DNA of 64,000 bases from Candidatus Woesearchaeota archaeon. Its GTDB lineage: Archaea; Nanobdellota; Nanobdellia; Woesearchaeales; B72-G16. Shown one piece after another: positions 34,559 through 44,741 of the stretch (position 1 is its first letter; the number at the start of each line of letters is the position of its first letter). The position numbers and the translations under genes are program-made. Under the pieces are notes generated by a model. It saw nothing but the letters and a program-made list of their open reading frames with translations, made no database searches and was not told where the DNA came from. The stretch lies in contig QMQO01000003.1 of the NCBI GenBank assembly GCA_003650545.1, forward strand, positions 15,103 to 79,102. Direction: 5' to 3'.

Positions 34559-34654
34559 AAATTGGTAGTTATTTGAGATAGTTATTTGAAAATTCTTCAA
34601 TATTATGCTGGTTAATCTGAAATACTATTAATCTGAAATACATTAATTGAAATA

Positions 34655-35548
34655 CTATTTAATCACAGCCTTCAAACTTCTAATCGCAACCTCTATCTGT
34701 TTAGAGGTTGGCTCTTTCGTTGTAATATACTGTACCAACTTACCTGGCCACGCCAATGCTCTAAAAAACCAGTTCTTTCGATATTTGCCTGATAAACGCA
34801 AAAATTCATAAGAAAATCCTGCTATCAGCGGCAATAACGCAACTCTAGATCCTAATTTTAACCAAAAGTTCCAATCCTTTGGTATCAGAATGTAGAGCAG
34901 AATACTCACAAAAATCACAACTAACCAAAAACTGGATCCACACATCGGGTGTTTGGTGGAATACTTTTTAACATTCTTAACAGTAAGATTCTTGCCATCT
35001 TGATAGCAATGTACTGTTTTATGCTCTGCACCATGATAACGGAATAGTTGCTGCACATCCTTCATCAGGGATATAAAAAAAAGATAAAGTATAAATATCG
35101 CAATCTTTACAAAGCCTTCAATTAGGTTGAATGTAACATTTCCAACCCGTGTCACAAATCGATCAAATAGAACAGCAAACCACAATGGCAAGAACTTAAA
35201 CAAGAGAAGAGCTAATCCTATAGCAAGAATAAATGTAAAGATTATGACAATTGTGTTTATTCCCTTGTTTTTTTCTCTTTTGCGATGTTTCTTTTTTTCT
35301 TCTTCTATCTGCTGGTTAGAGCTCCATGTCAAAGCCTTGCTACCAAGCACTATAGTATCAACAAGCATAACAAGACCGCGCCAAATTGGGATTTTAGCAG
35401 AAAATTTTCTTTCTTTTATTTTTTTGACTAATACCTTAATTTTATTATTAGGTAGACGTACTGCTATAGCATACTTATTTTTGGTGCGCATTAGAACTCC
35501 TTCTATCACTGCTTGTCCGCCTGCTGCCAATATCTCTTTTTTTGACAT
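34655..35548 (-). CDS. DUF1385-family membrane protein (YqhQ-like)
   Basis: It has the hallmark N-terminus GGQAVIEGVLMR, plus HGAEHK and several TM helices. Confidence 0.8.
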   Translation of the reverse strand: MSKKEILAAGGQAVIEGVLMRTKNKYAIAVRLPNNKIKVLVKKIKERKFSAKIPIWRGLVMLVDTIVLGSKALTWSSNQQIEEEKKKHRKREKNKGINTIVIIFTFILAIGLALLLFKFLPLWFAVLFDRFVTRVGNVTFNLIEGFVKIAIFILYLFFISLMKDVQQLFRYHGAEHKTVHCYQDGKNLTVKNVKKYSTKHPMCGSSFWLVVIFVSILLYILIPKDWNFWLKLGSRVALLPLIAGFSYEFLRLSGKYRKNWFFRALAWPGKLVQYITTKEPTSKQIEVAIRSLKAVIK

Positions 35549-35667
35549 GATTTTAGGATAAATTCAGGGTATATAAACATGTTGCTATAAATTTATAAAT
35601 AACACAATTTATAAATAGACATGTTATACACTTAACAATAGATGTGTTATACACTTAACTACTGAAA

Positions 35668-36735
35668 ATGTCACAAGAACTGGGTGCCAGGGTACCTACA
35701 GAAGATGTAAGGACTTATGCTCATTGTTATTCATATTTATCAGGAAAAAGTCTGCGTCAGATAGCTAAAGAACTTTCTAACATCTCAAAGTTAAAAGAAG
35801 CATCTATTAAAAAATATTTATTTTTAGCTCGAAAAACCGTTCCAGAGATCATTAAAATCACCCTTGAAAAAATTCTTAGAGAAAATCATCACATAACAAG
35901 CATAGAACAAGCAAAAGAAAAAGAAAGTGAGTTAAATAAACAAAATAAAAGAGTCAATAAAGAACTCTCAAAAGCTATTCTAAATTTTATCTGCCAACGC
36001 AACAACTATCTAAAAAAAGACATTTACCAAGATATTGCAGCACTGACTGGATTTAGTAAAAACACGATTAAAGATTATTTTGCAAACAAAAGGCCAACTC
36101 TTCCAGAATCGATTGAATCTACATTAATTTACATGTTACAAACAGAAGCCAACAAAAATGGCTTCTATATTCCAGCCTATCTTCAAACAGCATTATTTTT
36201 CAATGAACGCCCAGATAGGATCAGTAATGTACCCTTGCTTGAATATGTGAGAGAAATCATCAGAGAATCTTGCAAAAACAAAAAAGGATTGAAGATAAGA
36301 TCTTATTTACTGAAAAACCAATCAAATGATTCTATCCTTGTTTATAAAATTAACTCTCCTGTAAAAATACAACGTTGTGTGGCTAAATTAAATAATAAGA
36401 GAAAGGTTTTTTATTCTAAAGCTGATGGATTATTTGAAATAATAAAATATGGCGAAGAGTTCTGGATAGACATAGAGTTGAAATTACCTTACCACATTGT
36501 ATACAAAAATAAACTATTAAGACAAGCAGATACATATATCCAATTTGCTGCATGTGTTTCTGAAAAAGGCATAAAAAGAGTTGACTATTGGTTTGAGAAC
36601 TATAACCTCCCTTTATTCAGAGAAGAACTCAGAGCTCAAGCTGCTTATCGATATCCTGAGCAATCTTCTTCAATTGATGACAGGTTTGATGGATATCCTG
36701 CTCTAGTTCATCAATTAGAGCTGCCAGATTCTTAA
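35668..36735 (+). CDS. hypothetical protein with HTH-like N-terminal repeats
   Basis: 355 aa. It contains two HTH-like stretches (GKSLRQIAKELSNISKLKEASIKKYL and YQDIAALTGFSKNTIKDYF). The rest is unrecognised. Its 3' end overlaps the convergent wHTH gene by 107 bp. Confidence 0.45.
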   Translation: MSQELGARVPTEDVRTYAHCYSYLSGKSLRQIAKELSNISKLKEASIKKYLFLARKTVPEIIKITLEKILRENHHITSIEQAKEKESELNKQNKRVNKELSKAILNFICQRNNYLKKDIYQDIAALTGFSKNTIKDYFANKRPTLPESIESTLIYMLQTEANKNGFYIPAYLQTALFFNERPDRISNVPLLEYVREIIRESCKNKKGLKIRSYLLKNQSNDSILVYKINSPVKIQRCVAKLNNKRKVFYSKADGLFEIIKYGEEFWIDIELKLPYHIVYKNKLLRQADTYIQFAACVSEKGIKRVDYWFENYNLPLFREELRAQAAYRYPEQSSSIDDRFDGYPALVHQLELPDS

Positions 36736-37036
36736 CACGCAACATGTACTTACCGCGCTGGCTTATAACAATCCCAGCTTCCATCAGTCTGTTTAAATGA
36801 AACACAACAGTTCCCCTGCTTAAGCCAAGCCTACTTGCAATCTCATCTGAGCTAAGAGGCTCGCCTTTCTTTGCAGCTTTTAACAACTCTATAAACAGTC
36901 TAAATCTAGACTTGTCCTTGTCACGAAGGTTGAATAATCCTAAAGAAATCCCAAGATATTGTAGCTCATTGTTTATAGTTTGCTGTCTTGGTACAACTGT
37001 TCTTATTATGGTAATTTTTTGGTGACGGATATACAT
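36629..37036 (-). CDS. ArsR-like winged-helix transcriptional regulator
   Basis: RFRLFIELLKAAKKGEPLSSDEIASRLGLSRGTVVFHLNRLMEAGIVISQRGKYML is a classic wHTH, followed by a C-terminal helix. Confidence 0.7.
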   Translation of the reverse strand: MYIRHQKITIIRTVVPRQQTINNELQYLGISLGLFNLRDKDKSRFRLFIELLKAAKKGEPLSSDEIASRLGLSRGTVVFHLNRLMEAGIVISQRGKYMLRVKNLAALIDELEQDIHQTCHQLKKIAQDIDKQLEL

Positions 37037-37172
37037 GACTATAGAAAAACAGAACTAGTATTTATATTTTGTTGATTTAAAATCAACGGTAAAAGCAAGA
37101 TTCTAGCTTTTAATTGTCTTATTCGTTATTCTTATTCATTTTGTTATTTGCTGTTAATATTTCTGTTAATAT

Positions 37173-39320
37173 TTATCGTGTTGGATGATCGGATAATCGT
37201 TTGTTAGAGTAATCTTCTCTTACTTTATATTTTATTTTGGGTGTACTTAAAATTTGACTCAGATCAAGGTTATACACTAATTCAGCAATGAATTTCTCAT
37301 TTAAATGTGGTTTACGCATGATCACATACAAATCACAACCATATTCTAGATTTTTATCTGAATCATTATGTTCTAATCTTAATGGATAATAACTTTTAAC
37401 TGAAAAATCACTAAGCCTTGCTGGACCACTAAAAGAGATAATAGTTCTGTTAGACCATTTATGCATAACATTAGCCAAATTTATTGCATGATTTTTTCCC
37501 TGGCCATTTGAGCAGGATATATTAAACAAAGTGGCATTTGGATGCAGCATGTTAAGATACTCCTTAAATTCGTCATCAAAGATGTCAATAGCGTATTTTT
37601 CACCTTTTGTTGCTTCAAATAATCTTAAATCTACTTCAGCTAAAGAAAGTGAGGTTTGTGATCCGTGACCAGCGAGAATTAATAATTCTATGTTTGGTGT
37701 CTCTTTTATTAATTCATACACCTCATCTTCAGTTGCTACCTTTCTTGTTATCACATCATAAAATAAATTTAGGTTTCTGAAGAACTGAAAATATATCTTA
37801 TTTGTAAATGCACCATTCCAATCAGATCTTGGAAAAATAAACAAGCAATTAGGTTTATCAGTATCATACAACCTAAGGTTTTTTTCGTTTAATTTTAAAA
37901 ATAAGTATAAAACAATGTTATCTCCGTTCAACCCATATTTCTCGTGTAGAAATTTAGCATCTTCAATTTTATAACCCAGCCTAACAAAATCTATTAATGC
38001 GTCTGGACTAAATAGTAAATCTCCATTTTTATTTTTTAATTTAGTTAAGTTTTTAGTTGCTTGGTTTGGTCGGGTGCGTGTGTTTTCTCTTAATGCTTTC
38101 ACAATATTAATAGCATCCATAAAATAATTTCCATTGTTGTCTTCTAAATTCGTATAGTCATTCATATCATCAAAAAAGTCGTCTAAATCTTCCAAGCAAG
38201 AAATCTTATTCATTTCTTCTAGAAGTTCATCAAAATAAAATGGTAGCGAGATATCTGAAAATTTACCAAGTATCTGTGCATACCTCTCCAATCTAGCATC
38301 AGGTATATTAAACTTAGAGTCAAACTTTTGTCTATAAGGCCTTGTTGCAAAATCGATATTTTTATTTTTCATATCATAGATTATAAATACTCCATTTTTA
38401 GATTCTTTATAAAGGGAAACATACTCTTTTAATGTTTTACAGTCTAATTTATTAATCGATTCAACGAAAAGAGGGTCACCTGACAGATCAATAAAGACTT
38501 CACGATTATTGTTAAAAAGATCGTAATTTTGTTCAACAGTTCTTAACCAACAATAAAAATGTAAATTTGATTTTATATTCTTTGCAAACATTGCTATTGT
38601 GCTTAGATTACCTACAAACATGTCTTTTGAAATAAGATCCATTATTGCGCTTCTCTTTAACTGAGCATAAAACTTAAAATCCAGTATAAAATCGCTTGGA
38701 TATTTCAGGTAGTCATCTTCGTGCTCTGCTAAATCTAGATTTTCTCTGGTGTTTTGAACAATAGCAACAAGATCTTCTTGGTTTGATTCTAATATGCCTT
38801 TTGGAACTGTGTCATACATAAATCTAATGTTTTCGATAAATGCGCTATTCAAGTCATAAATCAATTTGTTATATTCTTTAGCACTTTGTTTTTTCATTTC
38901 TGTTAAAAACGAATCTAAATCTGCTTTTTCATATCTAGGATTGCTAGCTTTTCCAATTTCTATAAGTTCTTGATTATACTTTTCAATAAATCTTTCTTCA
39001 AAGAATTCTTTTGCTATTGTCAAATACAGGTTGTCTGTTAGATCAATAACATCAGTATTATTTTGCTTTTCAGTTTTGTTTATCGCAAAGTTATTGTCCA
39101 ATAAGGTAAACCCGTATGATAAAGATTCGTCTATAGAATCCAGATAAGCATGGTTAGAACTTGAAATCAAGCAATTAGAGCATGAAATGTTATTTTCTTT
39201 TATTTTCTGTGCATGATTTGTTGTGCATCTTCCAATGCCAAATGCTTGAACACCTACTAGAAAGATTAAACCATAAACAAGTTTTTTTTCTTTATTTAGA
39301 TAGTCTGATAGCTCTATCAT
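37173..39320 (-). CDS. large membrane-anchored protein with C-terminal caspase/CHAT-like His-Cys domain (tentative)
   Basis: It has an N-terminal hydrophobic helix (LVYGLIFLVGVQAFGI). The C-terminal roughly 200 aa shows strand-HG and strand-C patterns (ELLILAGHGSQTSLSL and ATLFNISCSNGQG), as in the caspase-hemoglobinase fold (CHAT, C14, C11). Confidence 0.45.
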   Translation of the reverse strand: MIELSDYLNKEKKLVYGLIFLVGVQAFGIGRCTTNHAQKIKENNISCSNCLISSSNHAYLDSIDESLSYGFTLLDNNFAINKTEKQNNTDVIDLTDNLYLTIAKEFFEERFIEKYNQELIEIGKASNPRYEKADLDSFLTEMKKQSAKEYNKLIYDLNSAFIENIRFMYDTVPKGILESNQEDLVAIVQNTRENLDLAEHEDDYLKYPSDFILDFKFYAQLKRSAIMDLISKDMFVGNLSTIAMFAKNIKSNLHFYCWLRTVEQNYDLFNNNREVFIDLSGDPLFVESINKLDCKTLKEYVSLYKESKNGVFIIYDMKNKNIDFATRPYRQKFDSKFNIPDARLERYAQILGKFSDISLPFYFDELLEEMNKISCLEDLDDFFDDMNDYTNLEDNNGNYFMDAINIVKALRENTRTRPNQATKNLTKLKNKNGDLLFSPDALIDFVRLGYKIEDAKFLHEKYGLNGDNIVLYLFLKLNEKNLRLYDTDKPNCLFIFPRSDWNGAFTNKIYFQFFRNLNLFYDVITRKVATEDEVYELIKETPNIELLILAGHGSQTSLSLAEVDLRLFEATKGEKYAIDIFDDEFKEYLNMLHPNATLFNISCSNGQGKNHAINLANVMHKWSNRTIISFSGPARLSDFSVKSYYPLRLEHNDSDKNLEYGCDLYVIMRKPHLNEKFIAELVYNLDLSQILSTPKIKYKVREDYSNKRLSDHPTR

Positions 39321-39452
39321 TTAAACATAGCCCCACTACTAGCCAGTAGTCATTTCTATTTAAATATTTTACTGATTTTTAATTTTTGTTAGCTGTTTTA
39401 TTGATTGTTTTGCATAGAAATCGTATAGAAATAAGGGGACCCTCATTAGTAC

Positions 39453-39524
39453 TATAGTACTATTATTATCTAGGAATATAGTACTATTATTATCTAGGAA
39501 TATAGTACTATTATTATCTAGGAA
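39453..39524. repeat. three perfect tandem copies of a 24-bp unit (tatagtactattattatctaggaa)
   Basis: Copies lie at 39453-76, 39477-500 and 39501-24. Each unit contains the 10-bp palindrome atagtactat. Degenerate ttatctag repeats follow to about 39555. The array lies 133-204 bp upstream of the 715-aa gene start (39320). Confidence 0.95.
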
Positions 39525-39588
39525 TCATTATCTAGCAACTATTTATCTAGCAATCTATAATATCATTATAATCAGGTTAGTTGCTAAC

Positions 39589-40767
39589 TTAACTGATTGA
39601 TCTAATTTTTGAAAAACCAATCTTCCATTTTGTGATCAGATATGAAAGCAAAAATGGAACTATGAATTTGAATAAAACCTTGGTTCCTATAAATACTGAA
39701 TAAACGCCCGAACTTATTAGATTATTTTCAAATAGCAACTTTATGATCACAACGCTTGTACTGAATTTCACTGATAAACTTATTCCAAGTAATATTGATT
39801 TTTTTGGGCCTAATACTTTTCTGCCCATTATATAACTGCTTGATACTTTAATTGCTTTGATTACTACTATAAAAAGGAGAACTAATAAGGGGTACTTCAA
39901 TAGATAAGGCATGTTAACATCTAGACCCACCCATAGAAAAAATATTGGCGCTAAAAAACCATAAGCTAGTGTTCTGATTTCGGAATCTATGAATTTCAGG
40001 ATCTTACGGGGTATAATATTTTTAAGGGCGATACCAGCTAACAAAGCACCCAAAGCAGCAGATTCTACATATTTTCCAAGCCCTATAAATAAAAAAATAA
40101 AAAATATAACTAAAAGAAAAAACGAAGGTATGTCTTTGTATTTGAAAGAGCTGAAATATTTTTTAAGTTTTGTTAGTATAAAAACAAGTACAAATAAAGA
40201 AAATAAGATCAATAAATTTATCCAAATGCTTAAGTGAGTATAACCTGTTGATCTACCAAGTATGACCACTATGATTATAATTGTGAGAACTTCTATCACA
40301 TCATCCAGAACACCAATGCCGAGAATTGTTTGTCCAAGTTTGGTTTTCACAAGATTAAATTCGTCGAGTATTGGTAAAAGAACAGCTTCACCAACGGTTG
40401 CAAACGAAAGCGATAGTAGTCCTGCTATTAACCAAGATAATCCAAAAATGTAATGCACTAGAATAGAACCGATAATTGCTTCTGCAAAAATAATAATAAA
40501 AGTTGTTTTGATTATAAATTTGCTACTGGACAATATTTCTTTGATGTCCAATTCAAACCCAATAATAAAAAGAAGAAAATACATACCCAGATGGGCTAAG
40601 AATACGAATTCTGGGGACGTGGTTATTTCCTTAAAAGGATTATACGCAGCCAACACTAATCCTATCAACAGAGCAGAAAAAATCCAAGGAATTCTTATTT
40701 TTTCTAATAACCTTCCAATTAAAAAAGTTGCTAAAAATACTGTTGCTAAAAATAATATCAGGTTCAT
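39589..40767 (-). CDS. CPA2-family cation:proton antiporter (membrane domain only)
   Basis: 392 aa and polytopic, with typical Na+/H+ exchanger features (GIGVLDDVIEVL, ATVGEAVLLPIL). Confidence 0.8.
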   Translation of the reverse strand: MNLILFLATVFLATFLIGRLLEKIRIPWIFSALLIGLVLAAYNPFKEITTSPEFVFLAHLGMYFLLFIIGFELDIKEILSSSKFIIKTTFIIIFAEAIIGSILVHYIFGLSWLIAGLLSLSFATVGEAVLLPILDEFNLVKTKLGQTILGIGVLDDVIEVLTIIIIVVILGRSTGYTHLSIWINLLILFSLFVLVFILTKLKKYFSSFKYKDIPSFFLLVIFFIFLFIGLGKYVESAALGALLAGIALKNIIPRKILKFIDSEIRTLAYGFLAPIFFLWVGLDVNMPYLLKYPLLVLLFIVVIKAIKVSSSYIMGRKVLGPKKSILLGISLSVKFSTSVVIIKLLFENNLISSGVYSVFIGTKVLFKFIVPFLLSYLITKWKIGFSKIRSIS

Positions 40768-40940
40768 ATCTCTGAAAACTATTTTTTTATATAAAAAATT
40801 ATTGATTGATTATATTGATTAATTAGTTATTAGTTAATTTTATCTATTAGTTGATTTAGTTACTTATTAGTTGATTATTTTGATTATTCATTAGTTGACC
40901 TAAAGTTAGTTAAAGCTTTGATTAAAAGCGGCAACAAAAA

Positions 40941-41651
40941 TCAACCAACATAACTAAGTTCTTTCTCTTTTCTTGCTGCAACTGCCTTTTTGCTCTGCTC
41001 GATTATCTTGTTCAACTTTAGCTCCAGTTCTTCAGCCATCTTTATCAATGGGGCAACATCTATCTTTAAGCCAAGATAATCGTTAATGGCTTCTACAATT
41101 TTTGCTGCTGCCTTGCTATCTGGCAACTGAGAATGTGTTTCTGCAAAAAATGCTATAAAAGGTATATCAGCTTTCATGAATAAAGCAGCTGTTACTCCCA
41201 TGATGATGCTCTCTTCCAGCTTCTCTATGTTCACGTCTTTCTTTTCTTGATTAGAAAAATAAAAAACCTTTGCTTCATCTTCAGGTTTTATTGAGCTGAC
41301 ACCCTCTAAACTGATTAGCTCTTTTGCATTAAACTTTTTGGCCACCTCTAGTACGATATCAGCAAGATGCCATTCAGTTCCAACAATAGCTGTTATTGCA
41401 TGCACAATTAACAAGTTATGTTTTTCACAATAATGGAATTCTATCGGGCTGATAACCTTGCCTTTGTGGATAGCTATTGTAGCAGGTAGTTCTTCGATCC
41501 AGTATTTGCCTATCAGTTCAGTCTTTAGATGATTTATTAAGAACTCTGTAGCGATTGTTCCGATTAGACCAAAACCAGGGAAACCTTCTATTAAAATAGG
41601 ATTTTTGGGCTGTTTTGTGAACTTTATTTCGATCTCCTCTTTTTCCATCAA
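40941..41651 (-). CDS. PAC2-family proteasome assembly chaperone-like protein
   Basis: NPILIEGFPGFGLIGTIATEFLINHL is the hallmark N-terminal motif of archaeal PAC2 proteins. 236 aa. Confidence 0.75.
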   Translation of the reverse strand: MMEKEEIEIKFTKQPKNPILIEGFPGFGLIGTIATEFLINHLKTELIGKYWIEELPATIAIHKGKVISPIEFHYCEKHNLLIVHAITAIVGTEWHLADIVLEVAKKFNAKELISLEGVSSIKPEDEAKVFYFSNQEKKDVNIEKLEESIIMGVTAALFMKADIPFIAFFAETHSQLPDSKAAAKIVEAINDYLGLKIDVAPLIKMAEELELKLNKIIEQSKKAVAARKEKELSYVG

Positions 41652-41844
41652 CAGACAGAAATGACAATCATATTTAAAGCTATCGCAAAATTACATAATC
41701 CATAATAAAATCACATAATATTTTTGCATGTGTAGTCAAAAATCGAAACTCTGGGATTTAAAAAAAGATCGCATTAAGATTTTGCTTTAAGCTTTATAAG
41801 TTAAATTTATAAAAATCACTTAAAACCAGCATAAAAATGTCAAA

Positions 41845-42957
41845 ATGTTCAAAATTAAAAAGAAAGATAATAGCAGCAGTGCACGTTTGGGGGAGTTAAA
41901 AACAGAACATGGTAATATAGAAACGCCTTTCTTTATGCCTGTTGCCACTAAGGTAACACCTAAACATGTTAGTGTGTTAGATCTAAAAACGATTAAAGCA
42001 AAAGCAATCATTTGCAATGCTTTTGTTCTCTACCTTAACCCTGGTGTAGAGTTGATCAGAAAAGCTAATGGGGTGCACAAGTTCATGAATTATGATGATG
42101 TTATTTTTACTGATTCTGGAGGATTTCAGATGCTTAGCAATGCTTTCCTGCATAAAGTAAATAATGAAGGTGTTACCTTTAAATCACCGTTTGACGGTAA
42201 AAAGAAACTAATTAAACCCGAGGATATAATGAAAATCGAGTTAGACTTAAAAGCCGATGTAGCTATGACCTTGGATGATGTTCCACATTATAGCAAAGAT
42301 CGACGCTACATTGATATATCAATGAAGCGTACCCATCTTTGGGCTGAGCGTTGTAAAAGAGAGCATGATAAATTAAAAGATGAAACAGGAATCAAGCAAT
42401 TGTTGTTTGGCATCACTCAAGGGGGTGTATTCCCTGACTTGCGTAAGAAAAGTGCGAAATTCATCAATTCCTTAGACTTTGACGGGATTGCATTAGGAGG
42501 TTTGTGCCTCGGAGAGGGCAGAGATTTGATGTTTCAAATGGTTGATGTGCTAGTGCCTAACCTTGATGAAAATAAACCAAGATATTTAATGGGTGTTGGT
42601 TCACCTATTGATTTATTAGAGGCAGTGGCTCGAGGAATTGATATATTTGATAGTAGATTCCCTACTATGTCTGCTAGACATCTCTCACTTTTCACGAATA
42701 ATGGTGTTGTGCGAATAGGGAAAGCAGAGTATAAGCATGATTTTAATAGTTTAGATCCAGAATGTAATTGCTATGTGTGTAAGAATTTTACAAGAGCATA
42801 TTTACACTATCTAGCTAGAGTAAAGGAACCTGTAGCTATGAGATATTTCAGCTATCATAACTTGTATTTTATCCAGCAATTTATAGAAAAAATAAAAGAT
42901 TCTATTAAAAAAGGACAATTTGAAGATCTAAGATATCAATTTATGAAGAAAAAGTGA
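41845..42957 (+). CDS. tgt: tRNA-guanine transglycosylase (catalytic TIM-barrel only, no C-terminal PUA region)
   Basis: ARLGELKTEHGNIETPFFMPVAT, DSGGFQ, GIALGG, PRYLMGVGSP and the zinc site CNCYVC...H are present. 370 aa. Confidence 0.9.
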   Translation: MFKIKKKDNSSSARLGELKTEHGNIETPFFMPVATKVTPKHVSVLDLKTIKAKAIICNAFVLYLNPGVELIRKANGVHKFMNYDDVIFTDSGGFQMLSNAFLHKVNNEGVTFKSPFDGKKKLIKPEDIMKIELDLKADVAMTLDDVPHYSKDRRYIDISMKRTHLWAERCKREHDKLKDETGIKQLLFGITQGGVFPDLRKKSAKFINSLDFDGIALGGLCLGEGRDLMFQMVDVLVPNLDENKPRYLMGVGSPIDLLEAVARGIDIFDSRFPTMSARHLSLFTNNGVVRIGKAEYKHDFNSLDPECNCYVCKNFTRAYLHYLARVKEPVAMRYFSYHNLYFIQQFIEKIKDSIKKGQFEDLRYQFMKKK

Positions 42958-43351
42958 GACTTTGTCTTTAATATTTGAGCTTATTTTCTAAATGATAATT
43001 TTTAAAGCTCTTTTTTAAGAGTTTTTAAATAGAGAACTAATAGTAGCTAAAAGGTAGCTAATAAACAAGAGTGTAGCTAATGGGGTAGTGAAAAAATAAC
43101 TAAATAGGCTAAAAAATAGTTATTTTAGGCACTATTAAAAAAGTGAGTGTTTTTTTGTATTCTGTGGATAGATCAGCTGATTCAGGCATTTTTAAAGCCT
43201 GTTTGGTTATTGATGTAACTAAACATTATTAAATTGATAAGAATAATGATAAGAAATATTAGATGATTTAACTTTTGGTTTACAAATTTCGAACATAAAG
43301 TTTATATAGTATATGATATATCTAAGTTTATAAGAGCCTTTCAGAACTAAC

Positions 43352-43570
43352 ATGAAAAAACTCAGCTTTTTAGAAAAGCAACAATCTATTTTTCTTTCTA
43401 GGAATCTTCTTAATCATGCTAGTGGCTCGACCATGTTGGGAGGGATGCCTATGCCAAATGAAAAAGAGTGCCCTGTGTGTGGAGCTTTTAATGAAGAAGA
43501 CGAAAGTTTTTGTTTTGAGTGTGGAACCAACTTAACTTATGAAGAAGACGAAGAAGCAATCTTTGACTGA
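43352..43570 (+). CDS. small zinc-ribbon protein
   Basis: CPVCGAFNEEDESFCFECGTNL is followed by an acidic tail. The true start is possibly an internal Met. Confidence 0.4.
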   Translation: MKKLSFLEKQQSIFLSRNLLNHASGSTMLGGMPMPNEKECPVCGAFNEEDESFCFECGTNLTYEEDEEAIFD

Positions 43571-43655
43571 GTGGATTTTTTATTTTTTTTAATTTTTTTA
43601 TTTTAGAAGACATTCACTTCAAAAACCAACAAAACAAAAGAAAAATCAAGATATT

Positions 43656-44285
43656 TTATTTCAGTATCTCAACTTCACACTCGCAGAGTTCTTTGAACCT
43701 CTCGGCATCACCTTTATCTCCAATTATAACACCATAATGCATAGGAATAGCTAATTTTGGCTTTATTAATTCATTGCAGGCTTGAGCAGCTTCTTCAGGA
43801 GTCATCACGTATGTTCCTGACACAGGCAATAGAGCAATGTCAATTTCACCAAGGTCTGACATCTCAGGGATTTTGTCAGTGTCGCCTGCAAGATAGATGT
43901 TCTTACCATTAACAGTAAACACATAACCGCACCAGTTGTTGGCTTTTGGGTGATATTTTTTGTTTGTGTTATATGCTGCTACAGCTTTTATTTTGATTCC
44001 TTTTACTGTCATGGTTAGTCCTGGAGATACCCTTTCAATATTTCCTGCGATTTTATCTGCACAATCTTGTGTTGTTACAATTACTGTGTCTGGTTTTTGG
44101 ATCTTTCTCACATCAGGGGGGCTGCAGTGATCAAAATGACTATGTGTTATCAAAATTATATCTGCTTTTTCATGATCGTGGTTTAGTTTGTAGGGATCTG
44201 TATAAATAACAAGACCATGTTCTTTGTCACGGATGCGAAAGCAATCATGGCATATATACTCTATCCAATCTGGCATTTTGGTCAC
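43656..44285 (-). CDS. MBL-fold metallo-hydrolase
   Basis: ILITHSHFDHC (HxHxDH motif). 209 aa. Confidence 0.8.
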   Translation of the reverse strand: MTKMPDWIEYICHDCFRIRDKEHGLVIYTDPYKLNHDHEKADIILITHSHFDHCSPPDVRKIQKPDTVIVTTQDCADKIAGNIERVSPGLTMTVKGIKIKAVAAYNTNKKYHPKANNWCGYVFTVNGKNIYLAGDTDKIPEMSDLGEIDIALLPVSGTYVMTPEEAAQACNELIKPKLAIPMHYGVIIGDKGDAERFKELCECEVEILK

Positions 44286-44482
44286 CTAGTGTTTTTTAAA
44301 AATTTTATAACCTGATCCTGAGCAACTTGGTCCTCTTTAAGGCTTATGTTGAATAACTCACAACAGTTTTCTGAACAAAAAAAATAAATCACTGCTTCTG
44401 TCTTAATATCAACAACATAGTTTTCACCTAGTTGTAACCCACAGTGATCACAACAAAGTATTTGAATAATAACCACCCCCAA
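44282..44482 (-). CDS. small Cys-rich (TRASH/YHS-like) protein
   Basis: CDHCGLQL...FFCSENCCELF resembles a TRASH-type metal-binding motif. Its stop overlaps the start of the MBL gene. Confidence 0.35.
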   Translation of the reverse strand: MGVVIIQILCCDHCGLQLGENYVVDIKTEAVIYFFCSENCCELFNISLKEDQVAQDQVIKFLKNTR

Positions 44483-44741
44483 CAGACACGTGTATATTAA
44501 ATGTGAAATGGGTATATAAATTTATCGGAATGATTTAAATATGAAATGTGATGATTTACTTAACGATGAAAATTGATTATTGTACCCATAAGTGGTAATG
44601 AAAACTTTTTTTAACGTTAATCTTTTGTTTTTTTTGTTTTTGGTGTTCTTAATTGCTATTAGAGCTAATTGCAATAGTTTTAATTATGTTTTTATTATTT
44701 ATTTTAATTATTTCTTGTTTAATTGTGTCCAATGTAAATTT

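Noticed and set aside
39453-39560. CRISPR array
   Set aside because: The 24-bp units are directly contiguous with no spacers, there are only three copies, and no cas genes are nearby. It is a plain tandem repeat.
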